Of a DNA stretch of 64,000 nt, positions 26,556-40,516 are shown in pieces (position 1 is the first letter of the stretch; every line of letters starts with the position of its first letter). The position numbers and the translations under genes were made by a program. The stretch is from the NCBI GenBank assembly GCA_965235115.1, contig OZ249436.1:26042001-26106000 (forward strand), written 5' to 3'. Source of the stretch: Laetmonice hystrix (taxonomy: Eukaryota). The notes under the pieces were generated by a model. That model ran no database searches. It worked only from the letters and a program-made list of their open reading frames with translations, and was not told the DNA's origin.

Positions 26556-29500
26556 TCATTTCTTGGTAGATAACAAACATGGCAAGAAATGCTCAAAATA
26601 AAAGGCATCAATATTTTCTTTCATATCTGCAAAGAAAGCTTCATCAACATTAATTTTTTCAATTATGAAATCTTCTTCACAGTAAACCATAAAGTCACAC
26701 CAAGTGAATCCTGTAATGCCTAACTGTCCCATTATTTGGTAGTAGTACTCATGAGTGTGTTTTAATGTGTACTCCCCATTCTGTCTTTGCTTCAAATATT
26801 TACAATCTTTATAGGTGTTGTTCCCAGGACACTTTATCTCAAGAAGCCCCCACTTTTGGTCATCTGCAGCAGATGGATCATATACGAGACGATCAGGAGA
26901 GCATCCCAAATGACAAGCTGTGGGATTTATAACAAAGCCAATGCTGTACACATTCACTCCCTTGTTTCTGGCGTAAACTTCTGCAGCTGTAGGTTCAAGT
27001 TCTAGCCCTCTTCTCATCAAACTGGTTTGCACAGTTTTGCCTGTTATCAGTCTTTGAGCCAGAGATTTAAAGTCTCCACGTCTACAGCAAATCTGTTTGA
27101 ATTTTGATGCAGTTAGACGTGACTCGCGAAGTTTTTTCCACTCAGGGCAAGCACTTTGTGTACGGGTTGAAAGTTCGTAATCTGATGACTCGAGCAATGA
27201 GCATGAAAGCCCATCATACAATGACTGAAGTTCATCCGTGAGGGTAGACACATCGTAAATCATAGGAAGAACAGGTCTCGGGCAAGGTGGTCGACTGGGG
27301 GCATCAGCTACCATTAGTATACGGTCTCCTGGGGTGGTTATCTGCTGCTGATGAGCAAGCGTAGAGCCAAATGGGACTGGACCAATCTCACTTGGAACAG
27401 CTACAGGCCAGTTATCCGGAAGTAGCTGCAAAATCTGGGGCTGTACAGCCTGTGTAGACATCATGCGCGATATTTTACCAGCAAAGTTCCTCGAGACGTC
27501 ATAAATCGGTTCTCTGATAGGGTTATACAGCGTAGATGTAATTCCTGAGATAAAAAGAAAATATTAAAAGACTATGAACAATTTTTACAACATACAATGT
27601 TACAATTGCAACAATATTTATCCACTTGGGTAAAAAAACAGAAATCAAGTTTCACATGTTTTTAGCCCCAACCCCCTCGGGTTGTGGGGTAACAAGAACT
27701 GTTAGAAGCTAGAGGATGTGGTTAACCAATATTCTGGGGCTCACCTGCGCTAGATAATACATGATAAAATTCAATGAAAATATGATGTAAAACTTATTTC
27801 ATATTTAATTCTTGAAAGGTTCTTGAATTAACAAAAAATTGTTAATCAAAACAGTTTAATCAAGTTAACCACAAAAAGGAATTTAAAATCAAATAATGCT
27901 TTAATTTATGTTTATTGTTTTGTATTTGAAAAACAATTCTCACCAGTGACAATTCTTTTCTTCTTGACTCTTGGTGCACTGCTTGAGGTAGGTGGCTTGA
28001 CCTTAAGGACTGACATGTCTGATATTGGTACTGGCTTAATTCCATGAGTTCTTGGGGGAATGTGCCATTGCTGTGGAGCCGATGTTTTTGATGTGATGGG
28101 GGGAACAACTTTCAGTCCTAGGTTTTGGTAGTGCACCAGTTGATAAAGAAGAGCAAGAGCGTGATTGCACACTCCTTTACCTGCAGTGCAGGAGCAGTGA
28201 CATGTGATGTCCATATCATCAATGAAGTGTAGCTGAAAGCAAAAGAAGATTATTTAGTTCTTACTGTATGTGCATCAATATATTATCAATCATAACATCG
28301 TGCAAAATATGATAAATTCGTCTCTCACTAAAGTAAAGGGTTGAAGGCCTACATAGGTCTGTTTCTTTCATAAATGTAATGACTACACCTGTGATACCGA
28401 TCTCAGGTTCCCGCTTCTGTCCCCCAGAGGATAATGCCAAGGCTGTGTTTAAAATCTGGTATTTTTTTATTATTTAAATACGGTATACAACAAATGTTAT
28501 CTTACCTCATAAACAGATTAACACCTCATAGTCATAGGAACTCCTTTCCTAAGGAAAAAGCAAAAACTTTAAAAAAACTGCAAGTTCAACATTCAGGAAT
28601 TACTGAATTAGTAATATATATGCAAAACGCCAACGGTGAAAAAGAGTACTGTAACTAAAACAATAATAACACAATGTTAAAGACAAACTTGAAAAATTAC
28701 CTGCAGGTCCTTTGGTGGGTCATTTTTTTTCATTGAGGGGTAACACTGTGCTCTTACCTCCACCTGACTGCCACTCTTTACTGCGCATAAAATGTAGAGA
28801 AATGTATTAGTTTTATTGCATACATTGTGTAGGCCCTATAGTACAGTTATTCCTTTCTTAGCACATTATCATGTTATAATATCTAATTATCAAAAGACTT
28901 ATATTATAATCTTTTTTTTATTTCCCACTGGCCCTGTACTATAGTATAGTATCGTATAGCTGACCCAAGACAAATCTGTCAAAACTGACATAGGCTAGGG
29001 CCGACTTAGACAATGAAAATATTTGTTTATCATCAATTTAAGTTTATAGTCTACGAGTATGATCTGGATTGATAACTATGAATGATTATGAATGGGTTCT
29101 TATGAATGACATTACAACACCACATATATGCCTGGGCCAGACTTGGTCTAGCCTAAGTTTGGTAGCCTAATTAAGTTCAGCCTTCAGGTGACTGTTGCAG
29201 GAGCCCGTTTCACTGACACCCTAAATTCCTAATCAAATGCCCTAATTTGTAAACGGTAACATCCCGACTTGTTGACACCATGCACTCAAAACAAGTCAAC
29301 TGTCAAGTGTTTCACTTTCACTAAAAAAAATGTCTCTCCTTGGAATTCAATGGCAATGTTAGGCCTAATTGCAAGGATCGACATTTTTTTTGAAACGGTA
29401 TGTCTCAATCAGAATCTTGGATGTCCCCACTAGGCCTACTTGACTTGTTGGGATGTCCTTGCTTGGTGAAACCTAAACTAAAGCAGGCAAAGCTGGCGTA

Positions 29501-29992
29501 GGCCCTACGGTCATTCCGACCATCCCCCGGGCCCGGCGGCGCAACACTGCCGCCAACGCAACAGTACGTCGAGCGGTAGCCTACTCTAGTCCTGGCCCCG
29601 GTCATGGCTAAACCTCTATGTCTACGAATAGGATTACCGAAAACAAATGTTGGAAAAAAAACCAGTTTAGGCATAATCTTATTCTAACTCACTTTTAAAA
29701 ACTCACTGGCACATCCACTAGCACACTAACGTAGATCTAGTCGTGACAGAGTCGTGGACGTAGGGGTCAGTGATCGTAATCTACTTCAACAGTTCAAGCA
29801 TTGCTTACCTTCTACGTTGTGAACATATGATCCAGAAAAAAACGCATCTATATAGCCTCTTGTCTGCAACTTCTTTGGCACCTTGGCCTTTTCGTTGGCC
29901 CATTTCTCAATGAAGGAATGGGACAACGGAGGAACTTTTGACAAATTCCTTGTCCACACCGTCGGCACCGTCGCCTGCTTCGCCATTGACAT
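26556..29992 (-). CDS. SWIM-YqaJ exonuclease (E4), intact
   Basis: Identical ORF-track peptides and splice sites. Confidence 0.9.
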
Positions 29993-30158
29993 GTTGATCC
30001 CGCCCCAGTTTGTTTGCGTCATTAGCCTCGTTTTCGATTTTAATGGCCACTCCGTGATACACGACTCATATCACGCCGACGTCATTACGTAACCAAAACG
30101 AGGCCAATGACGCAAACAACAAGGCCACTGTGCCACGTGACTGTGCTCAGCGGCGAAG

Positions 30159-32810
30159 ATGGACGGTCGTCAAGATCACTGCTGTGTCCCTCTCTGTAAA
30201 AGCGACTCGCGATACCACAGACACAGTGAAGTTAGCTTTCATGCCATCCCAAAAGATGAACAAAGGAGGCGTGCGTGGATTCATGCAATCAGGAGGGACC
30301 CTGGATCGAACTTTAAGGCGAATATTTAACCCGAAAAAAGTCGCAATATCAATCAATGTCAAGCCGACTGCTAGATGATAGATGTAGATTCTAGACCTTG
30401 CTTGTCTGGCCTAGCCTAGTTAAGTTGTAGTCTATACTGTTGAGTGTTGTAGCTAGCATGATTAAAGACTAGAGTATAGGATCGAGGGTATAGATCATGT
30501 AGAATTAAGTCTGGATTGACCACGACCTGCTCTGCTAGCGGGCCGCTGCTAGCACTGGCGCCAGGCCGAACCCCAGCGTCAGCGTGCTTTACGTTTAGTT
30601 CTGACATTTATTTACCTGTCTTGAGTGATTGTCATTGTGACTGTGAGTGTAACTGTCCGATCAGTCAAGTCGTTACCGAAACGAGTTGTAACTGAACCGA
30701 TAGTGCAGTAGCCAAAACAAAATGGGGGTTAATTTTATTCATGTCAAAATTCTTTCTGGTGTGGTAGGCTCTGCGCCGGGAAGGGGGGCGGGGGTGACGA
30801 TCTTAGACTTTGGAGGTTCATGTCAACAATAAACAAAGCATGTGTAGACTAGTCTATGTCGGCCTCTATTCTTCAGTATCTAGATCTATATGCTAGGATT
30901 AGGAATAGGATTAGTTTTGATGGCAGTCTGTGACTTATGGCATGATACAATTTTACAAGACAGTATAGTCAACAATATCAACATTTGCAACAAATCAAGT
31001 GTTACTGCCAGGCCTAAGTAGCCTACTGCTTCCCTTATTGAATAAAAAACTTATTAGACCTACTTTATTACTATTAGTCTAGTAGATGTAGTAGTAGTAG
31101 CAGATCTAGTACCCAAAATTCTGATTTAAATGAAAATTGAATCCACCCAGTGACCCTCCCAAGGCTGCTATTTTAATGCTGATGGGTTTAATAGCCAGGA
31201 TAATTCAGTATGACGTATTCAATCAGTGTATCTATAGTTTACATGTAATTGTATATTAATTTGAATTTCTTTTCACACCCTAGATCACGTCTTCAACTAA
31301 GGTGTGCTCCATACATTTTGAGAAAGAAGAGATTGTGAGAAGCCTGTGTGGAAAGCGGGGTGTGATTAAGGGAGCAGTTCCTCACATATTTCCATGGACC
31401 AAGGAAGCAAAGAGCAGGAAGTCACCAAAAGAGCGAGTGTCATCTTCTAATGAACCAACTGACGATGGGTTCCAAATGGAATACACTGAAGAAAGGTAAA
31501 TTCAAATGAATATCAAGGTTAGAAATTAGGCCAAAAAAAACTTTTTTGGAAGCACAGCAAAAGGCCATCCAGCCTCCCGCTAACATCGATACCTGAATAT
31601 GAAAGACACTTTATGTATTTGATAAAATATCAACTGGTTGGTAATGAAAAATTTCTTGGGTAATCTTTGGTAATCAACTTCGGTCAAAATGGCAGTGCTA
31701 TTAGACTAATGACATTCCTTCTTTTTCAGTGAAGCAAGCAGAAGTGTACTCTGTCAACGGCCTCCGGACCACGACTACACAGCATGTTCAAAACTGACAC
31801 TTGAAGAGCAATTGGAAGCTGCCTTGGAACACATCAGTCTGCTGGAGAAGGAAAATGAACACCTGAAATCGCTCCAGTTTGGTATCAATCGTTTCACCAC
31901 AGATCCTGACATGATAGCTTTCTATACAGGCTTCAGATCATATGATATGTTCTTGACAACATATTTAGCCTTTCAACCAACCGCTGATAATCTTCTCACT
32001 TGGTCACAGCTTCAGAGACAGAGGTCTGGTACTGCCTTAAACACAAGAGACATTCTCAAACATGAACATCTATCCACAATAGATCAATTTTTCTTATTTA
32101 TGTGTCGCTGCAAGGCTGGCCTTTTTGAGAAGGATCTGGCCGAAAGGTTCCATGTAAGCTTCTCAACAGTGAGCAGAATCATCATCACCTGGGCAAACTA
32201 TCTGTACCACCTTTTAGGAGCTTTGCCAATTTGGCCATCTTGTCATCAGATTCGTAAACATATTCCTGAATGTTTCAAAGAGTGTTATTCTACCACCAGA
32301 GTAATATTAGATTGCACTGAGATTAAGTGTCAAACTCCATCAGCGTTGTACTTGAACAGCCAGCTGTACTCGCACTACAAGGGTAGCACAACATTCAAGG
32401 GTCTGATAGGCATTACACCCTCAGGAGCAGTGTCATTTGTCAGTCAGCTGTACACGGGAAGCATTTCTGATGTGGACATCACAGCAAGATGTGGCATTGT
32501 TGACCTTTTAGACTCACTGGACTCGGTCATGGCTGACAAGGGATTCACCATCCAAGACCTTTTGGCTACAAAAGGTGCCACTCTGACAATTCCGCCTTTT
32601 TTAACTGACAAACGTAACCAATTTGAAAGGGGTGAGGTTCAGCAAACACAGAATATTGCCAGGGTCAGGATCCACGTTGAACGCGCTATCAGGAGAGTAA
32701 AGGAGTATCACATATTTGATAGCATTGTACCACTAAGCCTGGCAGGTACCATCAACCAAATGTGGACTGTTTGTGCTCTTCTGACAAACTTCAGAGGTCC
32801 CCTTTTCTGA
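30159..32810 (+). CDS. Transposase E5, open frame, 483 aa. Exons 30159-30317, 31284-31495, 31730-32810
   Basis: Same as E4 except H5Q; GC donor at 30318. Confidence 0.9.
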
Positions 32811-33545
32811 CTGCATCATGAAGCATTTCTCAACAAATCGATCATCCCATCACAGTGTTAGTTGCTGTATCTGACGTGATACAGTATTTGCTGCCATGTC
32901 TTGAAAAATTAAAAATTGGTTGTCGGGTTGAAATAAGTTCCTTTTAAAAAGAATATGTACTTTGATGATAAAATGTTATTTACGGTACATGTGAATTCTT
33001 TTTAATAGAAAAATGGAAGTTTAAAAACTTGACAATTTTACTGTCAAGGAGGGGAACATGTATTTCTTTAGATTTACCCCAGTGTAGTAACGAAAATAAA
33101 GATGAAGAATAATGGAAGACTCAAAAAATTCTTCAGTATTTTTAATTCATCCTGCAATAATTGATCGATTTACAAATGGTTTACAGATGACATAAATACG
33201 GTTACATGATCTGGTCATGTAACATTTAAGTTACCTGTTATCTTACGGAGGGTTCTCCTTTTTTTTCTGTAATTAGTAAGTTTACCCATTTCATTCCACT
33301 CCGAGTTCCAGAACGTGAACATCGAACGTCTTCTTCCGTCTCCAACGCACCCAAGATCCTTATTTTAAAACATAATTTTACATTTCTATTGCCCTACCGT
33401 ACCTACCTGACAACACAGTAGCATTAAGCAAGTTCTCACACTGTATATGACTGAAATCTTTTCCACATTAAATATTTTGCAAAGCATTACTATCATCATC
33501 ATACAGTAATATTTGGTCATCATGTACAGTTTGTGTCGTCACATT

Positions 33546-36500
33546 TCATTTCTTGGTAGATAACAAACATGGCAAGAAATGCTCAAAATAAAAGGCATCA
33601 ATATTTTCTTTCATATCTGCAAAGAAAGCTTCATCAACATTAATTTTTTCAATTATGAAATCTTCTTCACAGTAAACCATAAAGTCACACCAAGTGAATC
33701 CTGTAATGCCTAACTGTCCCATTATTTGGTAGTAGTACTCATGAGTGTGTTTTAATGTGTACTCCCCATTCTGTCTTTGCTTCAAATATTTACAATCTTT
33801 ATAGGTGTTGTTCCCAGGACACTTTATCTCAAGAAGCCCCCACTTTTGGTCATCTGCAGCAGATGGATCATATACGAGACGATCAGGAGAGCATCCCAAA
33901 TGACAAGCTGTGGGATTTATAACAAAGCCAATGCTGTACACATTCACTCCCTTGTTTCTGGCGTAAACTTCTGCAGCTGTAGGTTCAAGTTCTAGCCCTC
34001 TTCTCATCAAACTGGTTTGCACAGTTTTGCCTGTTATCAGTCTTTGAGCCAGAGATTTAAAGTCTCCACGTCTACAGCAAATCTGTTTGAATTTTGATGC
34101 AGTTAGACGTGACTCGCGAAGTTTTTTCCACTCAGGGCAAGCACTTTGTGTACGGGTTGAAAGTTCGTAATCTGATGACTCGAGCAATGAGCATGAAAGC
34201 CCATCATACAATGACTGAAGTTCATCCGTGAGGGTAGACACATCGTAAATCATAGGAAGAACAGGTCTCGGGCAAGGTGGTCGACTGGGGGCATCAGCTA
34301 CCATTAGTATACGGTCTCCTGGGGTGGTTATCTGCTGCTGATGAGCAAGCGTAGAGCCAAATGGGACTGGACCAATCTCACTTGGAACAGCTACAGGCCA
34401 GTTATCCGGAAGTAGCTGCAAAATCTGGGGCTGTACAGCCTGTGTAGACATCATGCGCGATATTTTACCAGCAAAGTTCCTCGAGACGTCATAAATCGGT
34501 TCTCTGATAGGGTTATACAGCGTAGATGTAATTCCTGAGATAAAAAGAAAATATTAAAAGACTATGAACAATTTTTACAACATACAATGTTACAATTGCA
34601 ACAATATTTATCCACTTGGGTAAAAAAACAGAAATCAAGTTTCACATGTTTTTAGCCCCAACCCCCTCGGGTTGTGGGGTAACAAGAACTGTTAGAAGCT
34701 AGAGGATGTGGTTAACCAATATTCTGGGGCTCACCTGCGCTAGATAATACATGATAAAATTCAATGAAAATATGATGTAAAACTTATTTCATATTTAATT
34801 CTTGAAAGGTTCTTGAATTAACAAAAAATTGTTAATCAAAACAGTTTAATCAAGTTAACCACAAAAAGGAATTTAAAATCAAATAATGCTTTAATTTATG
34901 TTTATTGTTTTGTATTTGAAAAACAATTCTCACCAGTGACAATTCTTTTCTTCTTGACTCTTGGTGCACTGCTTGAGGTAGGTGGCTTGACCTTAAGGAC
35001 TGACATGTCTGATATTGGTACTGGCTTAATTCCATGAGTTCTTGGGGGAATGTGCCATTGCTGTGGAGCCGATGTTTTTGATGTGATGGGGGGAACAACT
35101 TTCAGTCCTAGGTTTTGGTAGTGCACCAGTTGATAAAGAAGAGCAAGAGCGTGATTGCACACTCCTTTACCTGCAGTGCAGGAGCAGTGACATGTGATGT
35201 CCATATCATCAATGAAGTGTAGCTGAAAGCAAAAGAAGATTATTTAGTTCTTACTGTATGTGCATCAATATATTATCAATCATAACATCGTGCAAAATAT
35301 GATAAATTCGTCTCTCACTAAAGTAAAGGGTTGAAGGCCTACATAGGTCTGTTTCTTTCATAAATGTAATGACTACACCTGTGATACCGATCTCAGGTTC
35401 CCGCTTCTGTCCCCCAGAGGATAATGCCAAGGCTGTGTTTAAAATCTGGTATTTTTTTATTATTTAAATACGGTATACAACAAATGTTATCTTACCTCAT
35501 AAACAGATTAACACCTCATAGTCATAGGAACTCCTTTCCTAAGGAAAAAGCAAAAACTTTAAAAAAACTGCAAGTTCAACATTCAGGAATTACTGAATTA
35601 GTAATATATATGCAAAACGCCAACGGTGAAAAAGAGTACTGTAACTAAAACAATAATAACACAATGTTAAAGACAAACTTGAAAAATTACCTGCAGGTCC
35701 TTTGGTGGGTCATTTTTTTTCATTGAGGGGTAACACTGTGCTCTTACCTCCACCTGACTGCCACTCTTTACTGCGCATAAAATGTAGAGAAATGTATTAG
35801 TTTTATTGCATACATTGTGTAGGCCCTATAGTACAGTTATTCCTTTCTTAGCACATTATCATGTTATAATATCTAATTATCAAAAGACTTATATTATAAT
35901 CTTTTTTTTATTTCCCACTGGCCCTGTACTATAGTATAGTATCGTATAGCTGACCCAAGACAAATCTGTCAAAACTGACATAGGCTAGGGCCGACTTAGA
36001 CAATGAAAATATTTGTTTATCATCAATTTAAGTTTATAGTCTACGAGTATGATCTGGATTGATAACTATGAATGATTATGAATGGGTTCTTATGAATGAC
36101 ATTACAACACCACATATATGCCTGGGCCAGACTTGGTCTAGCCTAAGTTTGGTAGCCTAATTAAGTTCAGCCTTCAGGTGACTGTTGCAGGAGCCCGTTT
36201 CACTGACACCCTAAATTCCTAATCAAATGCCCTAATTTGTAAACGGTAACATCCCGACTTGTTGACACCATGCACTCAAAACAAGTCAACTGTCAAGTGT
36301 TTCACTTTCACTAAAAAAAATGTCTCTCCTTGGAATTCAATGGCAATGTTAGGCCTAATTGCAAGGATCGACATTTTTTTTGAAACGGTATGTCTCAATC
36401 AGAATCTTGGATGTCCCCACTAGGCCTACTTGACTTGTTGGGATGTCCTTGCTTGGTGAAACCTAAACTAAAGCAGGCAAAGCTGGCGTAGGCCCTACGG

Positions 36501-36982
36501 TCATTCCGACCATCCCCCGGGCCCGGCGGCGCAACACTGCCGCCAACGCAACAGTACGTCGAGCGGTAGCCTACTCTAGTCCTGGCCCCGGTCATGGCTA
36601 AACCTCTATGTCTACGAATAGGATTACCGAAAACAAATGTTGGAAAAAAAACCAGTTTAGGCATAATCTTATTCTAACTCACTTTTAAAAACTCACTGGC
36701 ACATCCACTAGCACACTAACGTAGATCTAGTCGTGACAGAGTCGTGGACGTAGGGGTCAGTGATCGTAATCTACTTCAACAGTTCAAGCATTGCTTACCT
36801 TCTACGTTGTGAACATATGATCCAGAAAAAAACGCATCTATATAGCCTCTTGTCTGCAACTTCTTTGGCACCTTGGCCTTTTCGTTGGCCCATTTCTCAA
36901 TGAAGGAATGGGACAACGGAGGAACTTTTGACAAATTCCTTGTCCACACCGTCGGCACCGTCGCCTGCTTCGCCATTGACAT
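33546..36982 (-). CDS. SWIM-YqaJ exonuclease (E5), intact
   Basis: Identical ORF-track peptides and splice sites. Confidence 0.9.
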
Positions 36983-37148
36983 GTTGATCCCGCCCCAGTT
37001 TGTTTGCGTCATTAGCCTCGTTTTCGATTTTAATGGCCACTCCGTGATACACGACTCATATCACGCCGACGTCATTACATAACCAAAACGAGGCCAATGA
37101 CGCAAACAACAAGGCCACTGTGCCACGTGACTGTGCTCAGCGGCGAAG

Positions 37149-39781
37149 ATGGACGGTCGTCACGATCACTGCTGTGTCCCTCTCTGTAAAAGCGACTCGC
37201 GATACCACAGACACAGTGAAGTTAGCTTTCATGCCATCCCAAAAGATGAACAAAGGAGGCGTGCGTGGATTCATGCAATCAGGAGGGACCCTGGATCGAA
37301 CTTTAAGGCGAATATTTAACCCGAAAAAAGTCGCAATATCAATCAATGTCAAGCCGACTGCTAGATGATAGATGTAGATTCTAGACCTTGCTTGTCTGGC
37401 CTAGCCTAGTTAAGTTGTAGTCTATACTGTTGAGTGTTGTAGCTAGCATGATTAAAGACTAGAGTATAGGATCGAGGGTATAGATCATGTAGAATTAAGT
37501 CTGGATTGACCACGACCTGCTCTGCTAGCGGGCCGCTGCTAGCACTGGCGCCAGGCCGAACCCCAGCGTCAGCGTGCTTTACGTTTAGTTCTGACATTTA
37601 TTTACCTGTCTTGAGTGATTGTCATTGTGACTGTGAGTGTAACTGTCCGATCAGTCAAGTCGTTACCGAAACGAGTTGTAACTGAACCGATAGTGCAGTA
37701 GCCAAAACAAAATGGGGGTTAATTTTATTCATGTCAAAATTCTTTCTGGTGTGGTAGGCTCTGCGCCGGGAAGGGGGGCGGGGGTGACGATCTTAGACTT
37801 TGGAGGTTCATGTCAACAATAAACAAAGCATGTGTAGACTAGTCTATGTCGGCCTCTATTCTTCAGTATCTAGATCTATATGCTAGGATTAGGAATAGGA
37901 TTAGTTTTGATGGCAGTCTGTGACTTATGGCATGATACAATTTTACAAGACAGTATAGTCAACAATATCAACATTTGCAACAAATCAAGTGTTACTGCCA
38001 GGCCTAAGTAGCCTACTGCTTCCCTTATTGAATAAAAAACTTATTAGACCTACTTTATTACTATTAGTCTAGTAGATGTAGTAGTAGTAGCAGATCTAGT
38101 ACCCAAAATTCTGATTTAAATGAAAATTGAATCCACCCAGTGACCCTCCCAAGGCTGCTATTTTAATGCTGATGGGTTTAATAGCCAGGATAATTCAGTA
38201 TGACGTATTCAATCAGTGTATCTATAGTTTACATGTAATTGTATATTAATTTGAATTTCTTTTCACACCCTAGATCACGTCTTCAACTAAGGTGTGCTCC
38301 ATACATTTTGAGAAAGAAGAGATTGTGAGAAGCCTGTGTGGAAAGCGGGGTGTGATTAAGGGAGCAGTTCCTCACATATTTCCATGGACCAAGGAAGCAA
38401 AGAGCAGGAAGTCACCAAAAGAGCGAGTGTCATCTTCTAATGAACCAACTGACGATGGGTTCCAAATGGAATACACTGAAGAAAGGTAAATTCAAATGAA
38501 TATCAAGGTTAGAAATTAGGCCAAAAAAAACTTTTTTGGAAGCACAGCAAAAGGCCATCCAGCCTCCCGCTAACATCGATACCTGAATATGAAAGACACT
38601 TTATGTATTTGATAAAATATCAACTGGTTGGTAATGAAAAATTTCTTGGGTAATCTTTGGTAATCAACTTCGGTCAAAATGGCAGTGCTATTAGACTAAT
38701 GACATTCCTTCTTTTTCAGTGAAGCAAGCAGAAGTGTACTCTGTCAACGGCCTCCGGACCACGACTACACAGCATGTTCAAAACTGACACTTGAAGAGCA
38801 ATTGGAAGCTGCCTTGGAACACATCAGTCTGCTGGAGAAGGAAAATGAACACCTGAAATCGCTCCAGTTTGGTATCAATCGTTTCACCACAGATCCTGAC
38901 ATGATAGCTTTCTATACAGGCTTCAGATCATATGATATGTTCTTGACAACATATTTAGCCTTTCAACCAACCGCTGATAATCTTCTCACTTGGTCACAGC
39001 TTCAGAGACAGAGGTCCGGTACTGCCTTAAACACAAGAGACATTCTCAAACATGAACATCTATCCACAATAGATCAATTTTTCTTATTTATGTGTCGCTG
39101 CAAGGCTGGCCTTTTTGAGAAGGATCTGGCCGAAAGGTTCCATGTAAGCTTCTCAACAGTGAGCAGAATCATCATCACCTGGGCAAACTATCTGTACCAC
39201 CTTTTAGGAGCTTTGCCAATTTGGCCATCTTGTCATCAGATTCGTAAACATATTCCTGAATGTTTCAAAGAGTGTTATTCTACCACCAGAGTAATATTAG
39301 ATTGCACTGAGATTAAGTGTCAAACTCCAGCCAGCTGTACTCGCACTACAAGGGTAGCACAACATTCAAGGGTCTGATAGGCATTACACCCTCAGGAGCA
39401 GTGTCATTTGTCAGTCAGCTGTACACGGGAAGCATTTCTGATGTGGACATCACAGCAAGATGTGGCATTGTTGACCTTTTAGACTCACTGGACTCGGTCA
39501 TGGCTGACAAGGGATTCACCATCCAAGACCTTTTGGCTACAAAAGGTGCCACTCTGACAATTCCGCCTTTTTTAACTGACAAACGTAACCAATTTGAAAG
39601 GGGTGAGGTTCAGCAAACACAGAATATTGCCAGGGTCAGGATCCACGTTGAACGCGCTATCAGGAGAGTAAAGGAGTATCACATATTTGATAGCATTGTA
39701 CCACTAAGCCTGGCAGGTACCATCAACCAAATGTGGACTGTTTGTGCTCTTCTGACAAACTTCAGAGGTCCCCTTTTCTGA
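37149..39781 (+). pseudogene. Transposase E6, 19-bp deletion frameshift near 39329
   Basis: caaactcca[tcagcgttgtacttgaaca]gccagc deleted; overlapping ORFs 38802-39377 and 39317-39781. Confidence 0.9.
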
Positions 39782-40516
39782 CTGCATCATGAAGCATTTC
39801 TCAACAAATCGATCATCCCATCACAGTGTTAGTTGCTGTATCTGACGTGATACAGTATTTGCTGCCATGTCTTGAAAAATTAAAAATTGGTTGTCGGGTT
39901 GAAATAAGTTCCTTTTAAAAAGAATATGTACTTTGATGATAAAATGTTATTTACGGTACATGTGAATTCTTTTTAATAGAAAAATGGAAGTTTAAAAACT
40001 TGACAATTTTACTGTCAAGGAGGGGAACATGTATTTCTTTAGATTTACCCCAGTGTAGTAACGAAAATAAAGATGAAGAATAATGGAAGACTCAAAAAAT
40101 TCTTCAGTATTTTTAATTCATCCTGCAATAATTGATCGATTTACAAATGGTTTACAGATGACATAAATACGGTTACATGATCTGGTCATGTAACATTTAA
40201 GTTACCTGTTATCTTACGGAGGGTTCTCCTTTTTTTTCTGTAATTAGTAAGTTTACCCATTTCATTCCACTCCGAGTTCCAGAACGTGAACATCGAACGT
40301 CTTCTTCCGTCTCCAACGCACCCAAGATCCTTATTTTAAAACATAATTTTACATTTCTATTGCCCTACCGTACCTACCTGACAACACAGTAGCATTAAGC
40401 AAGTTCTCACACTGTATATGACTGAAATCTTTTCCACATTAAATATTTTGCAAAGCATTACTATCATCATCATACAGTAATATTTGGTCATCATGTACAG
40501 TTTGTGTCGTCACATT

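Larger units (their letters stand above)
23079..30059 (+). mobile_element. ISL2EU-like transposon copy E4 (both reading frames open)
   Basis: Lacks the 4-bp insertion; 332-aa uninterrupted ORF in exon 3. Confidence 0.88.
30069..37049 (+). mobile_element. ISL2EU-like transposon copy E5 (both reading frames open)
   Basis: As E4, with an H5Q change in transposase exon 1 (cac>caa). Confidence 0.88.
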